From positions 1 through 64,000 of the forward strand of contig JYFJ02000469.1 of the NCBI GenBank assembly GCA_000934665.2: 64,000 nucleotides of DNA, written 5' to 3'. This stretch comes from Catajapyx aquilonaris (lineage: Eukaryota). Positions 13,901 to 26,436 of this stretch are shown here, in pieces. Positions within the stretch are counted from its first letter, which is position 1. The number at the start of each line of letters is the position of its first letter. A model generated the notes under the pieces. The model was not told the origin of the DNA. It made no database searches and saw only the letters and a program-made list of their open reading frames with translations. Both the position numbers and the translations under genes were made by a program.

Positions 13901-16900
13901 TAGTTCATTAGTCGACAAAAAGAAAAATTAATTGAACAAAAATTCAGGCAACATATCAGGGTTAAATAAACACGAGTGAACCAGTAAGAGCTATTTCAAG
14001 TGAAATACTGTGACTAATTATCACATCAAATTTAGAATTTACAGGACATTCCACCAGCTACCCACGTGCACCATGCCCAGAAGAGTAAATTTGGCCCCCC
14101 TCTCTCTTTCGCAAAAATGGTCTCCGGTTTACGTGTCACGCGTCGTGGTGCCAAGTCCCACAACCACGTGAACGCACTGCACTGTACACAACTCATTTTT
14201 ACCCGTCCCTAAGCCTCCCAGGACATGTTGATCCTCTAAAATGCATGGAAGGGGAAACCAGTCATCATAGGGGTCCAAAGCCAGGTTTTGACATTCCCCA
14301 GGGGAATTTCTGGGACCAGATCCAAGTTCAGACCTTACCCCCCACCACCCTACACCTGCTGCCTCATCATCCTTACCACTTCTTCTTATAAATAGCCAGA
14401 TTGGCGGATTACAAACCCAGGAATCTCTTAGAGAAAACCCCTGAACTGACGTCTCTTCCTGAAGGGAGAGAGCAAATGGATATGTCTCTTTTGGCTCTAG
14501 CCAAAGGAAAAGCCTGTCGTCACCGTGGCACGCTCCGTTTATTGATATCACCGCATGAGTGACTACGACCGCAACTTGTTTCCTGCCCATGTTTGCTTGA
14601 CCGACATTTCTAAGACGCCCTTGTTCTTCCTGAGCGACCAAGTTCGAAGAAAGATTAATATTTCATTGCAGTTCTTCCAGCCAGCAGCACGAACGCGGCT
14701 GCGCAGAACGACCGCACATTGGCTTAAATGAAGCCCACCCTTGTATATCGATATCAGGTAATCGTAGGCTACGAATAATGGGTTAAGCCCAACAATAACC
14801 ATTGTGTCGATACTAATCTAAATTCAAAGCAACATTACTATATTTCAATGCAGTTCTTCCAGCCAGCCGCACGAACACAGCTGCGCAGAACGCCCGCACA
14901 TTGGCACTTAATCGTAATCACAGGCTGCAAATCATGGGTTAAGCCCAACAATAACAATTTTGTTGATACCAATCAGGATATGGGCTATCTAATCGTCCAT
15001 CCGAGAAAGAATACAAATTTTACGCTCCTTTTCCTCCCAACAAGATGTGGTCCAGGTTGACAGACGCCATTGACACCATCCTCTAAGTGCAGATTGTTTT
15101 ACACGATATGCTGTTTACGTCTCCTGCACCAATTGACTACCGATGATTATCAATAGTCTTCCAAAACCTGTTGTTTTCATCGCACCCGCCCAAGAAATCT
15201 GCCTTGAGAAGCATGAGAATGATCAGTCTCTGACGCAGGACCTAAGGAATGAAATTGTCGGGGCCGGACTAAAATTAGGTTTTCCAACACACCCCCCCCC
15301 CCCCGGTCCCCTTCTCCTTATACCGGAGGGAAATTTAACCAACTCCTCTCACTAATTGGGGGTAACTTGTTCCTGTCATTCGCTTGTTATCTAGGGTATA
15401 TTTTTCAGTGGAGTAACTTTATTATGGGGGATGGGGGCTGAGACGTGCGATATTTGTTCATGTTCTAAAGAAAAGGGGTGATGTTACACCGGAAGCTATA
15501 TCGCCGGAGGAATGACGCAATTTATATGGAGTCCAAAATTACATGAAATAGGAATAATTTTATGCTTAATTTTTAAAATATTTAATTTTATGAACAAATC
15601 ATGGGTTAACCCTAATAATAGCCATTCTGTTGTTAGCCTACTAATCTAAATTCGAGGATTCATTACAGTTCTGCCAGCAGCAGGAATGTGGCTGCGCAGA
15701 ACACCCGCGCATAGGCTTTTATAGATCCCAGAGCGCATAGGTGGGCTAAGGATGAACAAATACGCGCAATAACTAAATATCTATGTTCTCTATGCTGTAT
15801 ATAGGACGGTAGGCATATGTGAAGTATTCTGAATGAAAAATTCATCAATTTGGACAAATGTCAGGCAGATCTCAATATAGCTTTCCTTCTCAATATAACA
15901 CGACCTTCTAAGTCCACGAAGCTCGATCTTCCCACGAGATACAGGTGAAAGTAACACACGCAATCAGTCTAGACTCCCCAAAAATGTGTCCCCAGTCCAT
16001 GAACATCGTCTTCCTCTACAAATCCAAGGCGAGACACCATACATCATGTCGCGAATTCTTGGCTCTCCCACTGATAACAACCTTTTGTTTTTTTTCCCTT
16101 TTCCAAACTCCATTCCTGATTCACTTTCCGTGTCGCACACTCGTCCTATCACACTCCTCTCGGTAGCCACACGTATGCCCTTTCTATCTCTGACAGACCC
16201 AGCAGGTTTCTGGCGCCTCCATCTTTACAGTCTACACACATATTCCCTTTTTCCAACAGATTTGAGCAATGGAAAGAGATGTCTCGTCCCATTTAGGCGG
16301 CTCGCAAGTCGCGTCAGATGACACATGGTTTCTAGATAAAAGGGACAGGACGTCGCAAGAATGCTTAAGCAGCGCCAGGGCATAAAGGCATACATCTGAT
16401 AAAATACCACCAGATGGTTTCTCTCGTGCTGTGCGGTGTGACAATCTTCATAAATATTGCTGAAGGGAGAAAACTGGCCTAACAAGACGCCCCGAATATT
16501 TCAGAGGGTGCGTTTGTTTACACCGGGAGTAATTTCATTACCATACTGCACTCGCGGGGAGTAATGTTTGGTGTATATGGATAGACGTCTTGTCCTGATG
16601 CGACATGGCTGGAATGACAGGAGCAATACATCACAGGGCAGAGACTCGCATTTGCCCTAGTGCTGGAGCCATGTTTTATCATCTCTGGCCCATCTCCTCA
16701 GCGGCCACCAATGATTCCTCCACGGTTGGTTGCCCGACTCGCAGGCCCCTCCGACCCTCCCTATCACTATGGACATCTGCCGCAATAAGTCACTCCCCGA
16801 GAGCCACCACTGGTGTCCGTTTACTCAAGGGACTTCTTCGAGACAGGAAAAAAAAATCCTCCGGATTATAATTGGGCAAAAGGATATGCCACGGGCTGGA

Positions 16901-19900
16901 CTGTAAAAATAAAACCGAAGAATTTGTATGCTAATTTTCTGTTGGCGACTGTCCATTATAATTCTTGCAAGGGACGGATGGAGTCGTTTGAGGCAACCAT
17001 GACACGAGGTCAGTCCTGAAACCAACACCGAACCTGTAGTGATAAATGACGACCACACAAACTGTTGGCTCACCGAACCCCCCGAAAATTTCTCAAGAGT
17101 CTTAGGGGGTATAAATTGACTAGACCCCATTCATCACCGGACTGTTTACTCACGACTGACAGGTGTCCATTTAGGGACAAAACAAGAGAAGCGGTTCTGA
17201 GAACCCATTTTTTTTCTCTCTGGTATATAGTGAAGATGGGCCTGTTGGTGAAGCATACAGGACAGTTGGCGGACATACTCATCATCGTCCCTGGCCAACA
17301 TGGTGACAGTCCGCTTTGCTGCGACTTCAAGTGTGTCAGCTGCACAAGGCAGCCCAGGTTGCATTGTGGTAAGAGGTGAAAGCCAGTGACATTTAAACTT
17401 CTTTTGCATTCTAGCACCATGAGAAATCTGGAAGAGCAGTAGACGACAAGCATCCTTCACAGTCAATCAAGGCTGCACTCAGGCAGTGAAAATAAACAAG
17501 GCGCACCACCCTCCTAAAAAGAAGGGGGGCTGGTGCAGAAACCAGAGATGGAAAGGCAGGCGCTGGCAACACCACTTTCGGAAGCCTTGGAATAATAAAC
17601 CACCTACCCCCAAAAACCTCTTCAAACGCAACGATTATTGTCCCTGTTGGCGGAACACGACATTGCCGCAGTTTATTTCCATACTTAAAAAATGGCTCTA
17701 GTCATCTATGGCACGCTGGGGCTTAATTTGTCTGAATTTTAGCGTCAGAACAGGTGGTACATTCGATATCTTCTAATTAGCTATCAGAGCGTGTTAATAA
17801 AGGGGGGGTTGCAAATTAGGGAGCTCATTTGGAGCCGGGGATATAATTCAAGCCCACCGATTTTGCGAACTTCTGAACTTTGAAGCTGCTAGGGGTATTA
17901 AATCGTAAACATATCTGCGGGGTAATGCGTTGAATCTGCAGGAGCCGGATTATTTTGCGGGGATTGCCCGCTATTGAATTGCTCGCTGCAGTGCGAAGAG
18001 TGGGATTTATAAAAATCGAGGCTAGCGCTATTATGTGTCTATCAATTAGCCCCTTGCTATAATTGGCGGATTTTGCAGTGTAGTACCTGAGGTGAAGGAA
18101 TTATGGATCCGGTTTAAAGAGAACAACCTGTTGGAATATTTGGAGCAATGCACCACCCTGTAGTTTTGTTAAAACGGCAAAATTCGTTAAAAAAATATAG
18201 TGTGAGGCAACGAGGTGTGTCATGCTCTCAGTACACATTACAGCGTCCACATTTTGTCTGGTAATTCAAACAATGTACCAGCGACAATGCGTCCATCGCC
18301 GGATAAAATCTCTGCTTGAAGTCCTCCCAATGCAAATTGCAACACGCGCCCGAATGTGCATGACCAGCTAATAAATGCAGCAATCCCCCGCAATGAACGC
18401 TTCAGACTAATGACAAATCAACGCAACCATGGCATCTAACAATCATCCTCACTTTCCGCCCGACTTAGTCACCCCCCCCCCTTAAAAAAAACCATGTAAC
18501 AATCCTCCCCATTTTTTCGCCCCGNCCCCCCCCCATAATCCTCCTTTTCCTTGCAAATGACGCCCCATTCAGAGCGCCCATCCCACCATGCCCTTAAATC
18601 CTATAACATTTTCCAGTACTAGGGACCTTTCACAAAACTACAGCAGCTCGGACCAAAAAAAAAATGCCCCGCGTTTTCTGGGAAAAAAAATTTAGGCAGA
18701 GTCGCCCCACATGCCGCTCCGTTGTCACAGAAATTGGACAGAAAAAAATCTATGAATATTTTTTTAAAGCGCAGGCTAGATCTCTAACTAAAGTTAGTGG
18801 TCCATCAGCATATCACACTGGCATTCAGTGCATTTATGAGCAGACAGCGTTTATTTCTTTATTATGTAATACCCAGTAGTTATTAATAATTATGTTATTA
18901 GAATTAGTTATTAGGAAGTAAGTTATTTACTATCTTATTAGAATTAGTTACCGGTATTAGAAAGTAAGTTATTTATTATGTTATTAGAATTAGTTATTAG
19001 GAAGTAAGTTATTTATTATATGATGGTTATTTAATATGTAAGTTAATTATTACGTAATACTGTAGTTATTAATTTATGGTGGTTATTAGTATGTTATACG
19101 TAGTTATTCCTCTCATAATGATTAAATATGTATCAGTTATTTATTATGTATAAGTTATTAATTTTAACGTGATTTTAGGATGTAAGTTATTTATTCCATA
19201 ATGATTATTAATATGCAATAGTTATTTGTTATGCAATAGTTACCGTATTCATTTCATAATGGTTATAAAATATGCAATATTTTTATTATGTAACAGTTAT
19301 TCATTTCATAATGGTTATAAAATATGCAATATTTTTATTATGGAATAGTTATACATTTCATAATGGTTATAAAATATGTAGCCTAATATTTTTATTTCGC
19401 ACATCGTATCATTGTGAACAATTAGGATATTTTTCAGTCTTAATTTTCTTTCACATAATTGGCTCTGAGAGTGCCATTTCCGGTCCTTTCCGATTGGTTG
19501 GGTGCTGCATGGGAGGCGTGGTTAGGTCGGAACATGCATGTAAACTAGTGCAGTCCGCCCACGCGTTGCACCGATGACAACAAGGTGTGCATAAACTTGT
19601 CTGGCGGACAGTGCTAAGCGTCCTGACGACTGGCGCCATTAATATTGTTGCCCTCCCAAACACTACACACCCTCGAATGATTAATACCACCCCCCACACC
19701 TTCCAACCTTCTTCTTCTTCTACATCAGCAACTTGTGGCCCCCGAAGTCTTGTACAGGGAGCAAAAATACCTCCGGTTTATAAATACGAGCCAAGAGTAC
19801 GGCCCCTCTGGCTGAGCTGCCTTTGGCCTGGTTCGGACCGGGTTAAAAAAATAAGAAGAAAGAAAAAAAAAAAAGGTCTTACTGGCGCCACCCTCCTCTT

Positions 19901-22900
19901 GGCTTCACTTGACGGTCGTTGCCGCCGACTTTTCATACATTATTTTGCCAACCGACTCATAGGTTTGACCACACTGCAAAAAACTGGCCCCCACCGGTTA
20001 TTACCCCAAACGTCACCACAGGACCGGTCGGTTTATGATCGCGTACGGAATGGTCAATAAGGCCGTCACTAGGAATGCGGACACTGACGGTGCATTATTT
20101 GAGCTCGAAAAAAAATGCAGGAAAAAAAAAACAAAAACCAGGTGTGAAGTTGTGCCAAGAACAACTCAAGAGGCGGTTTTGTCGCATCCTAAGGCGGAAG
20201 AAAGGCCGCGGTTATGAGTCCCTCCCTATTACACGCTCCTTCACGCCTCGAAACGTTATTTCGCACGCGAAATAGGCTGCTAACAATCCGAAACCTCTAT
20301 TCATTCGGCCCATTGCGAATTTTGGCCTCCAATTTGCTTAAACGGCCCGCTAAAAAAAAAGAACCGCGAACAATAGCAACGATTTGATTAGCAATAATAG
20401 CGTCGCTGCTATTCCGGAATGTTAGGCATTGTCATGTTACGCATAACCGGAATTGCCGCAGGCCCGGAAAAATAAAAAATGGAATTTTCGGACTTTTTCC
20501 TCAATCAGCATCAGCGTGCCATTAGTAGTCCGGAAGTGGGTTAGGCAGCCAGGACATACATACAAACTTTCCCATTCATACTATAGGAGATATTTCAAGA
20601 GTTCCGTCTGCTGGGTTCATCCTGCTCTTAATTGATTAATAAGGGGTAATTACTGTGCATGCGTGGCCCAAAGTTGTTCAGTACTGTACATCACGACCCA
20701 GTCCAAGGTTTACAGCCCCTCTGACACTCATTCCAAGACAAGACCCTTCCCCTGCCTTCCTTGGCCCTGCCACCACGGGGGGTCACCCATCCAGTCTCCA
20801 CCTGCCCGCCCCACCCTTTGAAAAGCCACCCAAGATACCTTTTCTCTGCCTTCTTTTTATGCCTCCACAACATGTCACTGCACAACTACTCCGACCAAAC
20901 TAGGATGACTGCTCGTAAAAACATTCGTACCAACAAGGTTTTTTGGATTCGCTACGGCTGTGGAAACACTGAAAAAGGGTCCCTTCTATAGGGCTGGTAT
21001 CTGTCCCAGTTCGTTTCCTGATGGGACGCTTCCCACACTAACCTGACACTTTTACAACGTACCCTTCCTTTCTTCAAGGACCTCGACTCATTGCCCACTA
21101 CAAACATGCCAATCTTTGGCACCCTGGAGGTTCGTCCAGAAAAGCACGGACACTCCAGAAAAAGTGACAAGTGGGCTGGTAAAACCAAGAGAAATTTACA
21201 AATAAAACAAGGGATCATCAGGACACAATTTGTCCAGCAGTCTTTCGGAGGGGTAAGCAACTTTCGAGGTGCAATAAGGCTGCACAATGCTGAAGAATGT
21301 GGCCATAAATTGACCGTCGCAACATCTCCTGTCCACTTTTCTGGCAGGCCATCACCCCAGCTTGGTCCCAGCAGCAAGGCAACAATATTACCCCCTCCAT
21401 TTTACTGCCCGTTCCGCTGGCGAGTTGCTCAGTCAGAGGACCTCTTCCACAAGTTCTATTGTTACTCTAGTAACAGTCTAATCTGAGAAGGTAACAGTCC
21501 GCGCTTTCCACTTATCCTGACCAAAAAGTGTCTCGTTTCAGGAATTCCTCGAGCTAGAAGAGTAGGCTCATAAAACGAGTCGCGATCATTCGTCAACGCG
21601 ACAAAGGACAAGAACAGTCACTTCACTTGGTGGGGCTCAGCCTGACCCACGGCTCACTCCAGGGAACAATGACGGGCATCTGGGTTTATTCCACCCATTT
21701 GGACACAAAATGGGTAGCTATATTGTTTAAAAAAGCTTAATTTTAAAAAGCTAGATATTGTTTAAAAACTGCATTTAAAAGTTAAATGCTAAAAAGCTAC
21801 ATTTCAAGACTATATCTTAAAAGCTGTATTTTAAAGCTATATTTTGGAGCTACATTTAAAAGCCGTGTTTAAAAAACTACATATTAAAAGCTATGAGCTA
21901 CATCTTAAAAGCTTCATTTTAATAAAGCTACATATATATAAAATTACATAATTTGCTTGACAGCTAAATTTCAAAAAGCTGTATTTAAGAAGCTAAATCT
22001 AAATAGCTACATGTAACAGCTACATTTTAAGTTATACCTAACAGCTCTAATTTAAGCTATACTTAACTATATTTTAAGTTCCATTTAATAACTATATTTT
22101 CAAAGTTATACTTAACAGAGCTACGGTATATTTCAAAAGCTACATGTAACATAATCTGTTTTGAAAGCTACATATTAACATCTGTATAATTATATATTTT
22201 CAGAAGCTAAAAGCTATTAAATGTAGCTTTTGAAATATAGCTGTTAATGTAACTTTTTAAACGTAGATGCAGCTTTTGAAATATACAAGTAGCTTTATAT
22301 GTCAAAAGCTATACATTTAATATCTGTTTTATAAGTTACCTTAACAGCATGCTATACTTTAAAAGTTATTTATTTGAGTTATATTTTAACAAACTACAGC
22401 TAACAGCTATATATTTTAAAAAATGCAAAACCAGGCCCATCTGGTACAGCACCTGTCCGTACTTATTTCCATTTTTATCCAGTTTGATGTAAAAAAAAAC
22501 CGGTTCTATGTGAGCTATGAGTGGCACGAGTGGAAATCATGCAAAAAGAAGGGTGGGTCGCCGCCCCACAGTGGTTCATAAACTAAACTAACTTGGAAGG
22601 GTATGTAAGTTATGAAGTGGGTGTGCTGAGATGAAGCGTGTGCAAAACCCCGCTGTCCCGGACAGCAAAAAAGTGTCCCGTCTGCTGCGGCCATCACGAA
22701 AGGGAGCCTGATAGTACGTAACTAATGACTTGTGATGCGCCGTACATCTATCTTGATCTCGGCCATTTCCTGTGTCGTTTTGCGGGTGTACAAAAAAAAA
22801 TGGGGTTGTAAAAATTTAACGGACGTAAATGGACGATTTATACTTTTGATATGAAAGGGTGGCAATTTCCCTAATATATCGCCACATCATACTGATCATA

Positions 22901-25620
22901 GGTCTTTTTGACGTGTGGGTATCGATTCACATGCTGTGTACACACATTTGAACGTACCTGTTCGCACGCACTTCGGCACGACCCGGTCACTTGAGCGCAA
23001 CAAGCTGGCTCTGTGGAAGAAATAAATTAATAAATTAATAATCAACAAACATTAGTCATATATGCCCGACATTTTGTGCAAAACAGTTGATCTTCCGAAA
23101 ATTAACGGCACGACATGACGGAATCATTTTAGTACGAATGGCCACAAAACTTTTTTTTTTTTAAATTAATACATTTTTGTGAAATACCACAACAGAGCTG
23201 TATGTCATCCGACCCTTGACATGATGCATACTTAGACCATCGCATTAATGCCAATCGTCATCTCTGTTTACCTAAAGAGCCGGAAGAGGAGCGGCGGGGA
23301 ACATCCTGCCAAGCTCATTATTCCCTTCATCAGTAGGCCCACGATATTTTGTTCCTTAGCCATATTCCATTGGCCCAGCTCCAACATGAGCCCAACCAAA
23401 AAATCATCACACACTTAGTTCCAACACTGCCTAAATATATTCATTATAATTTATGCTTGCCCTAGCTTATTCCAAGAAAACGTGCCAATTTTAGCATAAA
23501 ACCAGTTTCAAGATATCCATTCACTTTCCACCAATGAAATGCTGTCCACACACTTTTATTTCCTCCATTCCGTTCGTTTTTTGTGTGTGCAGTGTAAACC
23601 CCCCCTCGACGGATCCGTTTTTTTTATTGTCAACCGTCGCGCTTTTTATGCCCAATTCTGTCCGAAATGCGCGGAATGTACTTTGGCGACTTTTAATCAG
23701 TTGGGAAGGGTTGACATCTCCCAGTTGGGTTTTACCTTTACCAGACCTTCTGGCGTGGCCCAAAAGATTGCATCACCCATGTTAACAAGTTGAACGAACG
23801 CTTACTGAATGTGCTTGTCCTACGCTGTTTTTTTTTTCTTCCTCTATCTTGTTTCTAAGGTGCGTGTTGCACACAAACGGCCCTCAAAATATGCTAAGCA
23901 GTATTCCGGCATAGTCAGTATTGTACACACACATACTCGGTACCGTACTTGCCATTACCCGGTGTCACCTTTCCACGCATCACGTATACTGGAGATGGCA
24001 TTCAAAGATGTCAGTGACAGATGGGAAAATCCATCCATCCGTCACTTGACGTCAGGGCGCCACCTATGTGAGGGTATATGGTACTACGGAGATTCAATCC
24101 GGCTGAACGGTCTTCGTGACCATTAGAGGGCTCGACTTTAGAAGTGAATTTGAGTAAAGGAGCCGCAATCAAATCAAGGCTCAGTAGGGGGAGATAAGGG
24201 AAAGGGGTTTTGAACCAGCAAGAAGCCTGGGCCCCATAAGATGGCGTGACTTCTCCCACTGAGTCCAGGCATTGTCCAATGCATACCCAAATAAGCAAGT
24301 CCAGTCAGGTAAATAAACACACACACAAAAAAAACGATGAAAAATTGTGGGAGGCAAAATCCACGCTAAAGCTGGCGGAATTATTAATGTAGCTAATAAT
24401 CTGTTGATTTTTGCCAACACATTTTTTTTTGTTGATTTATTTGTGGTCTCGGCCACTAATTCTTAAAGCACGTCGCGGCTCATTTGTTACGTCTTCTTCT
24501 TGCCCACGGAGCTTCATCATCCCAACCTGTTTAGCTTTCGTGTTATTATTTTTATGTAAGTTTTTTTCCCCAGTTGGAAGTTATCACCGGCAGCTATATT
24601 ATGAAATCTACAAATTTTCTAATCTGTCACGGTATTGCCAACTTTTCATCGCCAATTATTATCGGTGAGAACATATTCTGCTGTCGACTTTCCCATCTGT
24701 CACTGTGATTTTCTCATCTGTCACTGATCCTACTCTCAAGTTCTGCATCTGAAGGACCTGCCAGATTTTCCGTCTGCTAATAAGGCAATCTGGCGACCCC
24801 TGTCCCCGTTGGGCACCCCCAGGTAAAAGGCTAAGTGATTTAAATGTGGTTGGCAAGCAGGCGTGTGAAGAATAGGTAAAAGGGGCAGGCCTGAATCGTG
24901 ATCTGCTAATATGTGTAGGTAAATTAATGACCAGCGGTTAATCCCTACGTTGCACACACTCAGCACGTACTAGTAATCCCGGAATTTGGGGGGAAAACAG
25001 CCAAGAAAAATAGCTGATAGATTAAGAGATTTGCTGGCTCCCCCCAAAAGAGGATTCCCGAATTGGATTTGGATTAATTGCCTGATGAATACGGTTGATT
25101 GCGAGGATTTCTGGCTCTTCAATACCCAATGCAATTTTCGGTCCGAATTACTTATGAGGGGAAGTGCAGGTGTTCACATCTTTATGCTCGCGACTGTACT
25201 GGAATTGTCCACAATTTTCTAGCCACTGCTGATCACAAAGCACTACCAGTTCATTTATAATCCATCAAGTCAATACCAGGAGGCCCTTCCTCAAGAATCC
25301 GGGGGTACCCAACAACCACGCTCCATCACCACAACCAACGTGGCGGAAAAGCCAAACTAGAAGGCGCTCATCCGTCCTCCTCATGGACCATTCCTGGCAG
25401 AAAAAAAAAACCCACGCACGTCCTTGCCTCCCCCCACTAACTGTCATTGCCTCCTTTTCACCTACAAGGTGACAAGTGTGTCTAATTATGGACGACAATT
25501 TGGCAGAAGAAGTTGGCATACACTTTTGGTGATTTTGAGGAGTGCAACTTTTAGGTGACAATTACCTTGTGCGTGTCCTGGTGTTAGAAGCACTAGAAGG
25601 AGGATCCAACAGCACCACAT
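1813..25620 (-). CDS. RECK: RECK (reversion-inducing cysteine-rich protein with Kazal motifs), 5' partial: signal peptide plus CC1-CC4 cysteine-knot repeats; continues beyond window start
   Basis: Exons 25620-25566, 23010-22958, 8267-8184, 5709-5673, 2975-2812, 2204-2009, 1946-1813. All GT-AG and phase-compatible (1,0,0,1,0,1,0). Spliced protein: MWCCWILLLVLLTPGHAQ-EPACCAQVTGSCRSACEQ-VSLVVIATDPEARRQRLHSVHVFCPTQL-VTFWQCFNETLR-EIDRAQGWFGRPCCSLPQARTCQISC...FYTCLDRQE-IGEQCCGKATDNACHEACRKIF...VLECVHNYT...NPEQ-SLHCCDRAQNAQCKEACRLVLKTKQTGQEIVDSLIEGGCGPPLPH. This follows the RECK CC-repeat pattern as I recall it (e.g. SLYCCDRA...EIVDGLIEGC). Confidence 0.95.
2009..2204 (-). CDS. RECK: RECK exon 6 (CC3)
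   Basis: TTTCAG|ATT GGT GAG CAG TGT TGT...CAA A|GTAATA. Confidence 0.93.
2812..2975 (-). CDS. RECK: RECK exon 5 (CC2)
   Basis: TTTTTTTGCAG| ... |GTGAGG; GWFGRPCCSLPQARTCQISC...SCRHSDEISFYTCLDRQE. Confidence 0.92.
3937..4495. repeat. AT-rich, A-skewed minisatellite (ACTAATAATAAAATCACCAATAA-type units)
   Basis: Several tandem 23-27 nt units at 3940-4110 decaying into AATAAC/ACTAAT simplicity. Confidence 0.85.
5673..5709 (-). CDS. RECK: RECK exon 4 (37-nt micro-exon)
   Basis: TTTTCCCCTCTTTACAG|GTT ACC TTC TGG CAG TGT TTC AAT GAG ACC CTG AGG G|GTAAGT; WxCxN motif closing CC1. Confidence 0.9.
6589..6641. repeat. 53-bp near-perfect palindrome with CAGTGG...CCACTG ends
   Basis: AGCAGTGGTCTCGAAGAATTCTAGGG-T-CCCTAGAATTCTTCGCGACCACTGCT; 26-bp arms with 1 mismatch. 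Confidence 0.9.
7200..7405. repeat. T-skewed low-complexity tract (TTTATATTTTCAT-like)
   Basis: Direct inspection. Confidence 0.75.
8184..8267 (-). CDS. RECK: RECK exon 3 (84 nt)
   Basis: TTTCTCATTTCAG|GTG...CAA TTG|GTAAGA; ends in FCPTQL, supplying the expected CC1 cysteine. Confidence 0.85.
11500..11855. repeat. AT-rich low-complexity tract
   Basis: Direct inspection; bracketed by TGCGCA-rich blocks. Confidence 0.65.
12835..13090. repeat. A-skewed low-complexity tract (AATAAAATAA, AAACGAAAATTAA)
   Basis: Direct inspection. Confidence 0.7.
14658..14975 (+). repeat. Tandem dimer of a 140-180 bp unit; related junction copy at 15595-15715
   Basis: TGCAGTTCTTCCAGCCAGC...GCTGCGCAGAACG...GCACATTGGC...ATGGGTTAAGCCCAACAATAAC occurs twice. 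Confidence 0.85.
18875..19450. repeat. T-skewed minisatellite (TTATTAGAATTAGTTATTAGGAAGTAAGTTATT and TTCATAATGGTTATAAAATATGCAATAT units)
   Basis: About three copies of each of two different 40-50 nt units in succession. Confidence 0.85.
21715..22425. repeat. Degenerate AAAAGCTACATTT satellite with an internal inversion
   Basis: Many AGCTA(C/T)A cores; reverse-orientation copies (ATGTAGCTTTTGAAA) at about 22220-22300. Confidence 0.85.
22958..23010 (-). CDS. RECK: RECK exon 2 (53 nt, start of CC1)
   Basis: TTTCTTCCACAG|AG CCA GCT TGT TGC...TGC GAA CAG|GTACGT; encodes EPACCAQVTGSCRSACEQ. Confidence 0.9.
25566..25620 (-). CDS. RECK: RECK coding exon 1 (signal peptide)
   Basis: GCCACCATG Kozak context, hydrophobic MWCCWILLLVLLTPGHAQ, donor G|GTAAT (phase 1). 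Confidence 0.85.
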
Positions 25621-26436
25621 GGTGGCTTGGAAGAGTGGAGGAGCGGGTGTCCTCTGCTCATTCCAGCTCCCACTACAACACTGGTTTTCCACAGGGCCAG
25701 GACCCCTACTTTTCCCATTCCAAGCAACCCCACCCCCCAAAAGCCCCACAGCCCCCTCTCATCACACCCACGGCTCTTTCGATTCCTAGGACTGGGGGAA
25801 GGATCTTACACTGCTGGTACTATCCCGGACAAAAAGGTTGTGATATGACTCAAAATCTGTAGGTTCTCACGCTAACTGCAGTGCACAGCTGTGCCCGAAT
25901 TATTAATGGCGCTGCTTGCTGTACAGACATAAATAATAATTTCGACCATTAGGGCTCACTAAGAAGCGCAATTAATTGCGGAATGCGTTTCGCTAAGGAC
26001 CCACTTATGCCATCATCTTGACTTATAGCCCTTTTTAAAAAAAAATTAGACACTTAAGACCGCATCTTGGCTACTACTAGTAGGATAGTGATTCACTTTC
26101 GCGCAAATGTAACTATTATATTAAATTAAATGATAAGTCGGTGCAACTTAGAGTCGCGCATTTATATGATAGTGCAATCATGGATCTAATAATAGCGACA
26201 CTAACAGTTGGGAGCTCTAGAAATGAGTAACTCTTCCGTGTTGATATTAATGAAGCAGACTGTCGCCATAAATAACAACTGAGTCACCTAACTGCTACAT
26301 GAAAAGTGTCAGCGATAATATCCCGATGCAACAGGTCCGCCTTTACTTGGCACCCTAGATCCTTCCTCTCAACTGGGACCCAATCCACATCAGCTCCACA
26401 GCTAGTCCCTATGTACTAAAGACACTCGGAAAATTG

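Noticed and set aside
14129..14641. 170-aa ORF, and similar 140-160 aa ORFs at 7450-7872, 8620-9102 and 19587-20060
   Set aside because: No recognisable motifs and random-looking composition; consistent with chance intronic ORFs.
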